Below, piece by piece: positions 10,193-21,554 of a stretch of 64,000 nucleotides of DNA. Where the stretch lies: NCBI GenBank assembly GCA_964555245.1, contig CAZKRI010000024.1:12305-76304 (forward strand), given 5' to 3'. The notes below the pieces were generated by a model. It saw only the letters and a list, made by a program, of their open reading frames with translations. It ran no database searches and was not told the origin of the DNA. Both the position numbers and the translations under genes were made by a program. This stretch comes from an uncultured Myxococcales bacterium (GTDB taxonomy: Bacteria; Desulfobacterota; Binatia; UBA1149; SPBQ01). Positions within the stretch are counted from its first letter, which is position 1. Each line of letters starts with the position of its first letter.

Positions 10193-10830
10193 GCCGAGCG
10201 CCGGTTACGGCGTCCGTCGAGCGCGCGGCGTCGGCGTTGACCGAGGGCAGACTGGTCGTCTATCCAACCGAGACGGTCTATGGCATCGGTGCAGGCTTCG
10301 CGGCAACCGAAGCGCTGAATCGGCTGCTCCGCCTCAAGGGGCGCCCGGACGGTCGCGGAATCTCCCTGATCGTGCTCGACCTGACATCGGCGGAGGGCCT
10401 GCTGGCGCAGCCGCTGCCGGAGGCGGCGCGTTCGCTCGCGAGAGCCTTCTGGCCGGGACCTCTGACGATCGTCTTGCCCGCCGCGTACACGGTTGCGAGC
10501 GCGGTAGTCGGTCCGACAGGCGGGATCGGCCTGCGTTGCTCGTCAGATCCGGTATGTCGCGAACTTGCGCAACGGTTCGGTCAGCCCTTCACCGCGACGT
10601 CCGCCAATCGGACCGGTTCTCGCCCAGCGACGAGCGTGGATGAAGCGTGGGCGTACTTCGGGCCGGAAATCGACTGTTACCTCGACGGTGGCAGTAGAGC
10701 AGAGGCGACGGTGTCGACGGTGGTTGAGTTTCGCTGCGGGAACGCCTACCTCATGCGCGCCGGAGCGATCCCCGCGCAGGCCTTGGCCGGTGTGATCACG
10801 CTCACGTCTTCGTCCACCCCGGATTCTTGA
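10189..10830 (+). CDS. tsaC: L-threonylcarbamoyladenylate synthase (YrdC/Sua5 family)
   Basis: 213 aa. VVYPTETVYGIGA, LKGRPDGRGISLIV, PGPLTIVL are YrdC-domain motifs. Overlaps the purE stop by 4 nt. Confidence 0.85.
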   Translation: MSRAPVTASVERAASALTEGRLVVYPTETVYGIGAGFAATEALNRLLRLKGRPDGRGISLIVLDLTSAEGLLAQPLPEAARSLARAFWPGPLTIVLPAAYTVASAVVGPTGGIGLRCSSDPVCRELAQRFGQPFTATSANRTGSRPATSVDEAWAYFGPEIDCYLDGGSRAEATVSTVVEFRCGNAYLMRAGAIPAQALAGVITLTSSSTPDS

Positions 10831-10831
10831 G

Positions 10832-12103
10832 ATGGCAAGGTTTCGCCCGTTTCGAGGCATTCGGTTCGCTAAGGATCGAATCGGATCGCTCGAGGGCGTG
10901 GTGGCGCCCCCGTACGACGTCATCACTGAGCAGGAGCGGGAGGCGCTCTACCGCGCAGGGCCGTACAACGTAACCCGTCTCATCCTCAACCGGGAGAGTC
11001 ACGACGCGGCCGCGGTACTGTTCCGCGATTGGCGCGAGCAAGGTGTGCTCGCCGAGGATCCCAGCCCGTCTTTCTATCTGTACTGCCAGGACTTCGAGTG
11101 CCGTGGTCTGCGACGCAGGGTTGGCATTATCGGCGCGCTGCACCTGGAGCCGTTCGAGACCGGAGTGGTTCGCCCCCACGAACAAACCTTCGCGCACCAC
11201 AAGCAGGATCGGCTCGAGTTGACCAAGCGGACCCGGGCGAACCTGAGTGCCATCTTCGGCCTGTACGGGAATCCGGAGTTTCGTCCAGCACCGGACGGGG
11301 GATGGGCCGAACCACCCGAGGTCGACGTGCTGCACGCCGGGGTGCGCAACCGTCTCTGGCTGATCCGATCGCCGGAAGCGATCGCGCGGATCACTGCTGC
11401 GGTGAACGGCCGTACGGTGTTCATTGCCGACGGACATCACCGCTATGAGACGGCGCTCGCCTACTACGCTTTGACGCACAAGGACGGATGCTTGGCTCGT
11501 GCGGACGGCGCTCCAGCCGACGAACAGGATCCGGCTGCCCACGTCATGGCGTTCCTGGCGACCTTCGAGGACCCAGGGATGGTGGTGCTTCCGACGCACC
11601 GTGAGATCACCGATTGCACCGATGCCGACGTGACCGCCTTTCTGCGCGCGATGGAGAGCGAATTCGAGATAGAAACGATCGAGCGCTCGACCGCCGGGTG
11701 TCGACGGGCGCTAGCGTGCCTGGAGGCCGCAGACGCTGCGACCAACGTTTTCGTCGCGAGCTTCAAGAGCCGGCCCGCCTACTACGTGATTCGCCGTCCG
11801 ATCCCCGAAGGCGACGTCTCGCCCAAGGCGGTGCTGGACGTGACGGTCCTACATACGACGATTCTCGGACGCCTTCGCGGCGCTGGCGACGACAGAGTGC
11901 CGCACATCGAATACTCGCCGGATACCGAGGCGGTCCTGGAGCGGGTTGAGCGCGGCAGATCGGGCGCCGCGTTCTTGATGCGGCCCATGCAGCCGGGTCA
12001 GATGGCAGCGGTATGCATGGCAGGTGAGCTCCTGCCCCAGAAGTCGACCTTTTTCTATCCGAAGCTTCTGACCGGCCTGGTGTTCCACGCGCTGGCAGCT
12101 TGA
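10832..12103 (+). CDS. DUF1015 domain-containing protein
   Basis: 423 aa. N-terminus MARFRPFRGIRFAKDRIGSLEGVVAPPYDVITEQEREALY matches the DUF1015 pattern as I remember it (ikPF.alryn...v.aPPYDvi). Starts 2 nt after the tsaC stop. Confidence 0.7.
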   Translation: MARFRPFRGIRFAKDRIGSLEGVVAPPYDVITEQEREALYRAGPYNVTRLILNRESHDAAAVLFRDWREQGVLAEDPSPSFYLYCQDFECRGLRRRVGIIGALHLEPFETGVVRPHEQTFAHHKQDRLELTKRTRANLSAIFGLYGNPEFRPAPDGGWAEPPEVDVLHAGVRNRLWLIRSPEAIARITAAVNGRTVFIADGHHRYETALAYYALTHKDGCLARADGAPADEQDPAAHVMAFLATFEDPGMVVLPTHREITDCTDADVTAFLRAMESEFEIETIERSTAGCRRALACLEAADAATNVFVASFKSRPAYYVIRRPIPEGDVSPKAVLDVTVLHTTILGRLRGAGDDRVPHIEYSPDTEAVLERVERGRSGAAFLMRPMQPGQMAAVCMAGELLPQKSTFFYPKLLTGLVFHALAA

Positions 12104-12128
12104 GCCCTGGACCGCGCCAGCGTTTGGA

Positions 12129-12392
12129 CTACTCGCCGTCTTCGCCGAAATGGGCGCGCACGATGCGTTCCTTGAGATACTCGAGCGTGCCCAGGTCCTC
12201 GATGATGTCCCCGCCCGTGTCGTAGAAGAAGATCTCACCTTCCTTGTTCCGGCCGACGGCCACCAACCACTCGAGCTCGTCGCGGTCTTCGAGCAGGTAG
12301 TTGATCGCTTGCGAGACACCCTTGCCGGGAATGATCGTGATCTTCGTGCGTTGGCCGAGGGCGGCTTTGGCGACGGAGGACTTCTTCTTCAT
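12129..12392 (-). CDS. hypothetical small protein
   Basis: 87-aa ORF (MKKKSSVAKAALGQRTKITIIPGKG...) with normal codon bias. Downstream of and co-oriented with rlmD. Family not recognised. Confidence 0.4.
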   Translation of the reverse strand: MKKKSSVAKAALGQRTKITIIPGKGVSQAINYLLEDRDELEWLVAVGRNKEGEIFFYDTGGDIIEDLGTLEYLKERIVRAHFGEDGE

Positions 12393-12453
12393 GTGGATGC
12401 TCTCGGAACGGACGGACGCGTGCGGGCAGACGGAAAATAAGAAGCAGGTCGCA

Positions 12454-13722
12454 TCAAGTCAACTCTAGGTCGCACACGGACTCGACATGGTAGGTGTGAG
12501 GAAAGAGATCGAGCGGCAAGGCCTTGATCAGGCGATAGCCGTCTGCGTTCAGTGAGCGGAGGTCGCGCGCGAGAGTGGTTGGGTCGCAGGAGACGTAGAC
12601 GATCCTCGCGGCGCGCAGCTCGGCCAGTGCCGCAACGGCGCGGCCGAGCCCTGCCCGTGGCGGATTCACGACCACGCAGTCGGGGTGTGAGGCGCGAGGG
12701 GAAACCAAGAAGGCCTCGACGCGCTGCGCGTGAAACTCCACGTTGGTGATGCGGTGGAACTCGCATGCGCGGCGGACCGATTCGGCGGCGGCGGGATCCT
12801 GTTCTACGCCAACCACCCGGTGACAGCGTGTCGCCAGGGGCAGGGTCAGATTGCCCGCACCGGCGTAGAGATCGAAGACCGTTTCGGGTCCGCGCAGTGC
12901 TGCGAATTGGAGGACCGTACCGACGAGGAACGCGTTCGCCGCGGTATTGACCTGGCCGAAGCCGCCGTCCGCCATCTCGACCGTGACGCGCTCGGTGCCG
13001 AGCCCGAAGCGCCGCCGGGTATCCCCCCACGCCCGCTTCCAGCCTCGGCCCCTCATGCATATCCCGCGGATGGGATTGTGAGGACGCGACAGATAGTCGT
13101 GAACTCTGCGCGTGTCGGCACGCCGCAGCCGACCACTGCTTCGGATGCCAAGGGTCAGCCCGGGGAGCAGGCCGCGGCCGGCGATCTCCACGCGAGCGAC
13201 CCGAGTCGACAGGGATGACACGAAGGTCTCTACCTCCGGAATCGCGTTACGAATCGGCTGCTCAGCGAGCAGGCAGTCCGGTGCCGGCGTGAAGCGATGA
13301 CTGTGGGCTCCCGTAAAGCCGAGACGACCTTTCTCGAATCGAAGGTTCAGGCGGTTGCGGTAGCCGAAGACCTCGGGTGACGGGAGTACGCGTTCCACCG
13401 GAGGCGCGCGGATACCGCCGACGCGTTCGAGAGCATCGACAAGCGCGCGATGCTTTCCCGCGAGCTGTTCGTTGTACGAGATGTGCTGCCAAGGACAGCC
13501 GCCACAAGCGCCGACGATAGGGCACGGCGGGGTCACACGCGCGCTGCCGCCGCTCAAGATCTCGATCACCTGAGCTTCGGCGTAGGTTCCGTGGTCCTGA
13601 GTCACACGGACGCGGGCTCGTTCGCCCGGTGCGGCTCCCTCCACGAACAGCACCTTACCGTCCGCGCGCGCGACGCAAGCGCGCCCGTAGCTCAACGAAT
13701 CGATGTCGACGATCGTCTCCAT
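12454..13722 (-). CDS. rlmD: 23S rRNA (uracil-5)-methyltransferase RlmD/RumA family
   Basis: 422 aa. N-terminal TRAM domain. Cys cluster CPIVGACGGCPWQH (Fe-S). SAM-methyltransferase motifs DLYAGAGNLTLPLA and VVVNPPRAG. Confidence 0.85.
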   Translation of the reverse strand: METIVDIDSLSYGRACVARADGKVLFVEGAAPGERARVRVTQDHGTYAEAQVIEILSGGSARVTPPCPIVGACGGCPWQHISYNEQLAGKHRALVDALERVGGIRAPPVERVLPSPEVFGYRNRLNLRFEKGRLGFTGAHSHRFTPAPDCLLAEQPIRNAIPEVETFVSSLSTRVARVEIAGRGLLPGLTLGIRSSGRLRRADTRRVHDYLSRPHNPIRGICMRGRGWKRAWGDTRRRFGLGTERVTVEMADGGFGQVNTAANAFLVGTVLQFAALRGPETVFDLYAGAGNLTLPLATRCHRVVGVEQDPAAAESVRRACEFHRITNVEFHAQRVEAFLVSPRASHPDCVVVNPPRAGLGRAVAALAELRAARIVYVSCDPTTLARDLRSLNADGYRLIKALPLDLFPHTYHVESVCDLELT

Positions 13723-13853
13723 GCGCGCCGGGTGCGTTGCCCCAGAGGAGCGTGATGGGGTCCTGCGCTACATGCAAGGCACGGGTTTCCGCGCCGTCCC
13801 GGAGCGTCGCGTTTTCTTGACATGCCCCATGGCTGCCGCGTAGTCTCACGTGC

Positions 13854-14597
13854 GTGTTGCGGCTGCGGATTCTCGGCTCCGGCGATGCGTTCAACGGGTC
13901 GGGCGCTCTGCATAGCTGCTACCTGCTCGAGCACGCTGCGGGCGTGCTGATGCTGGAGTGCGGGCCCTCGGTGCTTGCCGCCATGAAGCGCGCGAGGCTT
14001 GCCACCGGTCTGCCCGACGCTATCCTCATCTCCCACCTGCACGGGGACCATTTCGGAGGCATCCCGTTCTTGTTTCTGGAATACATGTTCCAGAGCCAGA
14101 GGACACGGCCGCTGCGGATCGTTGGCCCGCCCACGATCGAGCGTCGAGTCAACGATCTGTATCGGGCGCTCTACAAGGACATCGTCGAATGCCGCCAACT
14201 CAGCTTCGACATCCAGTACGTCGAGATTCACCCAGGCTCCCGGCTGGAGTTGGCCGGCTTGGCGATCGACGCATTCGAGGTTCCTCACTCCGCAACCCCT
14301 TTCTCGCTCGGCTACCGCTTGAGCGGTGGGGGTGCGACGGTGCTCTTCTCAGGGGACTCGGCTTGGACCGACGAGTTTATCCCAAGGAGTCGGGGAGCCG
14401 ACGTTTTCCTCTGCGAGTGTTGCTCGCTGGAACGGGTAGTCAACGTTCACACGAGCTACGCGGATATCCTCGCCCATCGTGCGGCCTTGGGATGCCGACG
14501 ATTGCTGCTCACCCACCTGGGGGCCGACGTTCGCGAGTCCAAGGCGGTTGCGGTCGAGCGCGCGTACGACGGCATGGTCGTCGAGTTAGGGACATAG
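13854..14597 (+). CDS. MBL-fold metallo-hydrolase
   Basis: 247 aa. HLHGDHFGG is the HxHxDH motif. Additional His/Asp ligands lie downstream (FSGDSAWT, LTHLG). Confidence 0.75.
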   Translation: MLRLRILGSGDAFNGSGALHSCYLLEHAAGVLMLECGPSVLAAMKRARLATGLPDAILISHLHGDHFGGIPFLFLEYMFQSQRTRPLRIVGPPTIERRVNDLYRALYKDIVECRQLSFDIQYVEIHPGSRLELAGLAIDAFEVPHSATPFSLGYRLSGGGATVLFSGDSAWTDEFIPRSRGADVFLCECCSLERVVNVHTSYADILAHRAALGCRRLLLTHLGADVRESKAVAVERAYDGMVVELGT

Positions 14598-14660
14598 CCG
14601 GCGCGCGGGTGGCAGGGTCGCGAGCGGGATTCACTGCTCGGCGATGCCGGACCTAGGCTC

Positions 14661-15875
14661 GTGGTGAAACCCGCGTACGACGTCATCCTGGCGCATTACA
14701 ACGAGGTGGCGCTGAAGCTCGGCCACCGCGCGATGTTCGTCAGTAGGCTGATCGAGAACGTGCGCGCCGTCCTGAAGGATCTGCCAATGGGTCGAGTACG
14801 CTCGGCCGCCGGCCGGATCATCATCGAGCTGGGCTCGGCATCCGAATCGGCAGCCGTTGAAAGGCTCCGCGTCACGCCTGGTATCGCGAATCTGTTCCCG
14901 GCGCGTGTCTGTGGTCCGACGATCGAGGCGCTCGAGGCCACTGTCGATGGTCTAGTGGCGATCTGGCGATTGGACGGGTCGTTTCGAGTCGAAGTTCGGC
15001 GTGCGGACAAGCGATTTCCATTGACGTCGCCCGAGGTCGGCGCGCGCATCGGCGCGCGCATCGTCCGCGCGACCGGAGCCCCGGTGGATCTGCGTGATGC
15101 AGACCATGTGGCACGCGTCGAGATCGTGGAGGACGCCATCTACGTTTCCGTCGAGCCCAAGATTGAAGGCTGTGGCGGGCTGCCCGTGTCCACCGGTGGC
15201 CGATTGCTCCTTCTGCTGTCTGGGGGCATCGATTCGCCGGTGGCGGGACTACGCATGATGAGACGCGGGTGCCGCATCGACGCGCTGCATTTTCACAGCG
15301 TTCCTTACCTCGATCGGGCGAGTCAGGACAAGGCGAGGCAGCTCTGTGCGGTGCTAGCCCGAGGTCAAGGGTCCACCCGTTTGAGCATGATCGCGTTCGG
15401 GGACATTCAACGAGAGATCGTCAAGTCGGCGCCTGCCCCGCTGCGTGTCGTACTGTACCGGCGAATGATGTTGCGATTGGCAGCGAGGATCGCGCACCAG
15501 GATGACATGGGTGCCATCGTCACGGGCGACAGTCTGGGCCAGGTTGCTTCTCAGACCTTGGTCAATCTCCAGACCATCGAACGTGCCGCCGGTATCACCG
15601 TTCTGCGGCCGCTGGTCGGCATGGACAAGCTGGAGATCATGCGATACGCGCAGAAGAGCGGGACATTCGACATCTCGATTGCCCCGGATCAGGACTGCTG
15701 CTCGCTATTCGTTCCCAAGCATCCGGCTACGGCCGTGACGCTGCGCGAGGCCGAAACGGCCGAAGCGACGCTCGATCTAGAGGCTCTGGCAGAAACAGCG
15801 ATGGCGACGCGTACCCGGGAGTATCTCGGGGCGGTGTGGGAATCGCGCTCCGCGGTGCTCACCGAGCACGTCTAG
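14661..15875 (+). CDS. thiI: tRNA 4-thiouridine(8) synthase
   Basis: 404 aa. N-terminal THUMP region followed by a PP-loop SGGIDSPVA. A CxxC-type Cys pair lies further downstream. Confidence 0.9.
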   Translation: MVKPAYDVILAHYNEVALKLGHRAMFVSRLIENVRAVLKDLPMGRVRSAAGRIIIELGSASESAAVERLRVTPGIANLFPARVCGPTIEALEATVDGLVAIWRLDGSFRVEVRRADKRFPLTSPEVGARIGARIVRATGAPVDLRDADHVARVEIVEDAIYVSVEPKIEGCGGLPVSTGGRLLLLLSGGIDSPVAGLRMMRRGCRIDALHFHSVPYLDRASQDKARQLCAVLARGQGSTRLSMIAFGDIQREIVKSAPAPLRVVLYRRMMLRLAARIAHQDDMGAIVTGDSLGQVASQTLVNLQTIERAAGITVLRPLVGMDKLEIMRYAQKSGTFDISIAPDQDCCSLFVPKHPATAVTLREAETAEATLDLEALAETAMATRTREYLGAVWESRSAVLTEHV

Positions 15876-16372
15876 CGGGTCCGATCCTCACGCGGCCGCT
15901 CGCCAGCGGCTGTCCACAGCCGGTCGATGGCCGCGCGCAGGCGCCGCGCCGTCTCCAGTCCGTCTAGCGGCGGTGCCTGGTGGTTCTCCCTGGATCCAGT
16001 CCGAGCCGCTGCGTTTCGTGCGACGGCTCGCGCCGACGGCCCATTGGCCGGTTCGTGCTCCACGTGACCCAGGACGAGAAAGATCTCCCGCACCACGTTC
16101 CGGTCCAAACGGTCGTTGAGGCGCGCGCACAGCTCATGGCGCAGCATGCTCAGCTCCTGCATCCACGCTGTGCTCCTGACGGTCACGACGAGTCGCTGGT
16201 TTGCGAACCGCAGCGGCTGTGCGTTCCGCGCTACCGCCGGGCCAACCACGTCATCCCAAGCCTGCCAGAGCTGATACTCGGCCATGTCATGCGAGAAACC
16301 GAGTCGAGCGAGGATCTCATTCAGGATCCCATCGACTCGCTCTGGGCGGCGATCGGTTGAGCCGGGTGGCAT
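15872..16372 (-). CDS. DUF721 domain-containing protein (DciA-like)
   Basis: 166 aa. ILNEILARLGF...LWQAWDDVVGPAVARNAQPLRFANQRLVVTVRSTAWMQELSMLRHEL matches the DUF721 consensus (..W..vvG..ia.ht.p..l..g.L.v.v.ssaW.qeL). Confidence 0.65.
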   Translation of the reverse strand: MPPGSTDRRPERVDGILNEILARLGFSHDMAEYQLWQAWDDVVGPAVARNAQPLRFANQRLVVTVRSTAWMQELSMLRHELCARLNDRLDRNVVREIFLVLGHVEHEPANGPSARAVARNAAARTGSRENHQAPPLDGLETARRLRAAIDRLWTAAGERPREDRTR

Positions 16373-16568
16373 GTGTGTGACATTGTCCGCCAGTATCGGC
16401 GTGCGTCCAAACTATGCGGTCTTCATGATGAAGCCGTCGACCTTGAGGGTAACCCATCGAACCGCTGCAGGCGACCGTCGCCACCCACGGCTCGACTTTT
16501 GTCTTTTCTTCGCTCATGATCTCCGTTCGTTCGAGGGAAAATCTATAGGCGAGAAGATTCTGCGCCTC

Positions 16569-16616
16569 ACACAAGATGTAGTGGTATACCTGAAAACCCG
16601 CCACAAGATACGGCGC
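16569..16616 (+). promoter_or_regulatory. putative tandem NrdR operator boxes upstream of nrdJ
   Basis: ACACAAGATGTAGTGG (16569-16584) matches the 16-bp NrdR-box consensus acaCwAtATaTwGtgt at 13/16 positions. A second copy, CCACAAGATACGGCGC, starts exactly 32 bp downstream, which is the canonical spacing of tandem NrdR boxes. They lie about 110-155 nt upstream of the nrdJ start. The surrounding intergenic region is AT-richer. Confidence 0.4.
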
Positions 16617-16725
16617 TTTCTGTGGATAACCGGTGCTCTGGTGGGGAAGCCTCTCCATTCACGGGAGGCACTGATCGTAAGTTATTGAAAGAATAGCATA
16701 TTCGGATACCCGAGACTTCGGGGCG

Positions 16726-19515
16726 GTGAGAGTCAGGGAGGTAGGGCACATGGAAGAAAGGGCACCTCGGGCTACCGGCAGTTCGGCTTCGATCGAACTG
16801 CGAACCAACGACGTGAATCGTTCGCCAGTCATGCGTCTGCGTTTCGAGAGGCGACTGTCGCGTCAGGGAGTCGATCCGTTCGCGACGGTGGAATGGGAAA
16901 AGCGCGATGCGGTCATACACGGAGAGGGAGGGCGGACGGTATTCGAGCAGCCGGGCGTGGAGTTCCCGGCTACGTGGTCGCAACTTGCCACCAACGTCGT
17001 CACCTCCAAGTACTTCCGCGGACGGCTCGGCAGCGCAGAGCGGGAGTGGAGCGTTCGTCAGCTGATCGGTCGTGTGGTGACCACGATCGTCGGATGGGGG
17101 GATACGCAGCAATACTTCACGACGGATGCGGACCGGGACGCGTTCCGCGACGAACTGACGCACTTACTGCTCGATCAAGAGGTCTGCTTCAACAGTCCTG
17201 TTTGGTTCAACGTCGGCGTGGAGCCCAAGCCACAGTGTTCGGCGTGCTTCATCTTGTCGGTCGACGACACGATGGACTCCATTCTCGATTGGTATCGGAA
17301 GGAGGGGGTCATCTTCAAGGGTGGCTCGGGATCCGGTGTGAACCTCTCGCGCATCCGCTCCGCGAAGGAATCGTTGGGGGGTGGAGGCACCGCTTCCGGG
17401 CCGGTTTCGTTCATGCGCGCCGCCGACGCCTCCGCGGGTGTCATCAAGTCAGGCGGCAAGACGCGCCGCGCTGCGAAGATGGTCGTTCTCAACGTCGATC
17501 ATCCCGACATCGCCGAGTTCATCGACTGCAAGACGAATGAGGAAAAGAAGGCATGGGCGCTGATCGACGCCGGCTACGATTCGGCGATCGATGGGGAGGC
17601 GTACGGCTCCATTTTCTTCCAGAACGCGAACAATTCGGTGCGTGTGACCGATGAGTTCATGCGGGCGGTCGTGGAAGACCGGGAGTGGCACACACGCTAC
17701 GTGCTCGACGGGCAGGTCGCCGGAACCTACCGGGCCCGTGACTTGATGAGGCGCATCGCCGAGGCCGCTCACTTTTGCGGCGACCCGGGGTTGCAGTTCG
17801 ATACGACGATCAACGCTTGGCACACCTGTCCGAATTCGGGTCGGATCAACGCTTCGAATCCCTGCAGCGAGTACATGCACCTCGACAACTCGGCCTGTAA
17901 TCTCGCATCCCTCAACCTGATGAAGTTCGTCGACGAAGACGGGCATTTCGATAGCGCTGGATTCCGGCACTCCGTCGACATCGTGATCACCGCGCAGGAC
18001 ATCCTCGTGGATAACTCGAGCTATCCGACCGAGGAGATCGCGGCGACCGCACGGGCCTACCGTCAGCTCGGCCTAGGCTACGCGAACCTGGGCGCCTTGC
18101 TGATGTCGCAGGGCCTGGCCTACGACTCCGATGATGGCCGTGCGTACTCGGCGGCGATCACGTCGCTGATGTGTGGCGAGGCGTACCTGCAGTCGAGCCG
18201 GATCGCCCAGGCGATGGGCAGCTACCGCGGCTACGCCAGGAACCTCGAGCCCCAGCTACGGGTGATCGAGAAGCACCGCCAGAAGTCGCGCGAACTCGCA
18301 CCGGCCTATGTGCCGCTCGACCTGCTTGCCCCGAGCCGTGAGGTCTGGGACGAAGCGCTCGAATCGAGTCGCACTCACGGCGTTCGCAACTCGCAGGTGA
18401 CGGTGCTGGCCCCCACCGGCACGATCGCGTTCATGATGGATTGTGACACCACCGGCGTGGAGCCGGACATTGCGCTGGTCAAGTACAAAAAACTCGTTGG
18501 CGGCGGCCTGCTCAAGTTCGTCAACCGCGTGGTGCCGACAACGCTGCGGCGTCTGGGCTACGAATCGAGCCAAGTCCAAGAGATTCTGGACTATATCGAT
18601 CAGAACGAAACCATCGAAGGTGCCCCCGGCCTCCAGCCAGCTCACCTTTCGGTGTTCGACTGTGCGTTCAAGCCGCGGAATGGGTCGCGCTCGATCGAGC
18701 CTTTGGGACACATCCGGATGATGGGTGCGGTGCAGCCGTTCATTTCGGGAGCGATCTCGAAAACGGTCAATCTACCCACCGATGCGACCGTGCAGGATAT
18801 CGAAGACGCCTACGTCCAGTCGTGGCAGCTCGGTCTCAAGGCCATCGCGGTTTATCGCGACGGCTGCAAGCGAACGCAGCCGCTCAATACGGGCAAGACC
18901 GAGGAGACAAAGCCCGAGCCGGTTCTTGCCGCGCAACCGCAGCCGGTACGCCGCCGCCTTCCTGCCGACACCGCGTCCTTCCGACACAAGTTCGATATCC
19001 AGGGACACGAGGGATACATCCACGTCGGTTTCTACGAGGACGGAACCCCGGGAGAGATCTTCATCAAGATGGCCAAGGAGGGGAGCACGATCTCCGGCTT
19101 GATGGACACGATCGCCACCCTGACCTCGCTGGCGTTGCAGTACGGCGTGCCGCTGGAGGCGCTTGTCAAGAAGTTCGAGCACGTTCGCTTCGAGCCGTCT
19201 GGGTTTACCAAAAACCCCGACATTCCGGTGGCCAAGTCGCTGACGGATTACATCTTCCGATTCGTCGGAAACCGTTTCGGCGGTTCGCGGCAACAGCGCG
19301 GTGTAGCCGTCACGAAGACGCCTCAACCTGCCGACGAACGCACCGCGTCAGCGCGGCCAGGCAGCGAGATCGCCGAACGCATCGCCGAGAGTCCGCTCGA
19401 GTTCATTCTGCCGCAAGCCGATGCGCCGACCTGCGCGGAGTGCGGTGCGATCATGGTGCGCAACGCTGCGTGCTACAAGTGCCTGAACTGTGGTTCTACG
19501 AGCGGTTGCTCGTAG
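16726..19515 (+). CDS. nrdJ: adenosylcobalamin-dependent ribonucleoside-diphosphate reductase (class II)
   Basis: 929 aa. Class II RNR signatures: NPCSEY active-site region, ten-stranded barrel motifs, and a C-terminal Zn-ribbon CAECG...CYKCLNCG. The N-terminal 30-40 aa of the ORF may be an over-extension. Confidence 0.9.
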   Translation: MRVREVGHMEERAPRATGSSASIELRTNDVNRSPVMRLRFERRLSRQGVDPFATVEWEKRDAVIHGEGGRTVFEQPGVEFPATWSQLATNVVTSKYFRGRLGSAEREWSVRQLIGRVVTTIVGWGDTQQYFTTDADRDAFRDELTHLLLDQEVCFNSPVWFNVGVEPKPQCSACFILSVDDTMDSILDWYRKEGVIFKGGSGSGVNLSRIRSAKESLGGGGTASGPVSFMRAADASAGVIKSGGKTRRAAKMVVLNVDHPDIAEFIDCKTNEEKKAWALIDAGYDSAIDGEAYGSIFFQNANNSVRVTDEFMRAVVEDREWHTRYVLDGQVAGTYRARDLMRRIAEAAHFCGDPGLQFDTTINAWHTCPNSGRINASNPCSEYMHLDNSACNLASLNLMKFVDEDGHFDSAGFRHSVDIVITAQDILVDNSSYPTEEIAATARAYRQLGLGYANLGALLMSQGLAYDSDDGRAYSAAITSLMCGEAYLQSSRIAQAMGSYRGYARNLEPQLRVIEKHRQKSRELAPAYVPLDLLAPSREVWDEALESSRTHGVRNSQVTVLAPTGTIAFMMDCDTTGVEPDIALVKYKKLVGGGLLKFVNRVVPTTLRRLGYESSQVQEILDYIDQNETIEGAPGLQPAHLSVFDCAFKPRNGSRSIEPLGHIRMMGAVQPFISGAISKTVNLPTDATVQDIEDAYVQSWQLGLKAIAVYRDGCKRTQPLNTGKTEETKPEPVLAAQPQPVRRRLPADTASFRHKFDIQGHEGYIHVGFYEDGTPGEIFIKMAKEGSTISGLMDTIATLTSLALQYGVPLEALVKKFEHVRFEPSGFTKNPDIPVAKSLTDYIFRFVGNRFGGSRQQRGVAVTKTPQPADERTASARPGSEIAERIAESPLEFILPQADAPTCAECGAIMVRNAACYKCLNCGSTSGCS

Positions 19516-19538
19516 CGGGCGGTGGGAGGGATTGCGGC

Positions 19539-19859
19539 TCAGCGCGGTGGTGCCGGTTGGACCCGGAACACATACACGATCTCGTCCTTTCCCGCCACGC
19601 CGAGCTTGGCCCTGGCTTCGCTTTCCAACACGCGGGCGTCGGTGCGCAGTCCATCGATACGCTCCAGCAGCGAGCGATTGCGAACAACGCGTGCGTAAGC
19701 CTCGCCGGACCGACGGGCACTCATCGAGCGAAGCTCGAGATAGCGTCGCAACCCGTGCTTGCCGACCAGAATGCCGTAGAGCAGGCCGGCGGTCACCAGC
19801 GCCAGTGTCCAGATCAGCGTCTTGCGCTGCTTAACACGGAGTGCGCCATGGGTTCGCAT
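19539..19859 (-). CDS. ftsB: septum formation initiator family protein (FtsB/DivIC-like)
   Basis: 106 aa. Single N-terminal TM helix (LIWTLALVTAGLLYGILVG). Coiled-coil region. C-terminal ...LGVAGKDEIVYVF, typical of FtsB. Confidence 0.7.
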   Translation of the reverse strand: MRTHGALRVKQRKTLIWTLALVTAGLLYGILVGKHGLRRYLELRSMSARRSGEAYARVVRNRSLLERIDGLRTDARVLESEARAKLGVAGKDEIVYVFRVQPAPPR

Positions 19860-19875
19860 GCCACCTCAAGGATAA

Positions 19876-21204
<1,329 letters not shown>

Positions 21205-21554
21205 ATGATGGACTGTGAGCGTATCGACGGCGGTATGAGGAACGACGTAGATGCACCAATGCTCGGCGCTGCCCTGATCCGACCCGTCCTGCGCCAAATA
21301 GCTGAAAACCCAGGTGATCTAGCGGGATAGCGCTAATTTTCGACCTGGTTCGCGGTGGCACGGCAGCTGTTGGCTTCACGGCGACGCCGACATTAGCAGG
21401 CGTGAAAGGGATCGGTAGTGCGGTCGGGGTGGCGTAGATCGCGATCGTGGTACGGATCCCGACTGCGATGTGGCCGGGTGATGGAAGAATGCGATGAGCA
21501 GCGCCGTGTACGTCGGCGATAGTTCATCGTTTTGGAGGGTGATGATCACAGAGA

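Noticed and set aside
16373-16725. Possible cobalamin riboswitch upstream of nrdJ (GGTGCTCTGGTGGGGAAGCC ... GGCACTG).
   Set aside because: There is no proper B12 box (GCCACTG-type) and no AGGGAA/GGUG architecture in the right order. B12 riboswitches normally control B12-independent RNRs, not nrdJ. Left as unlikely pending a covariance-model scan.
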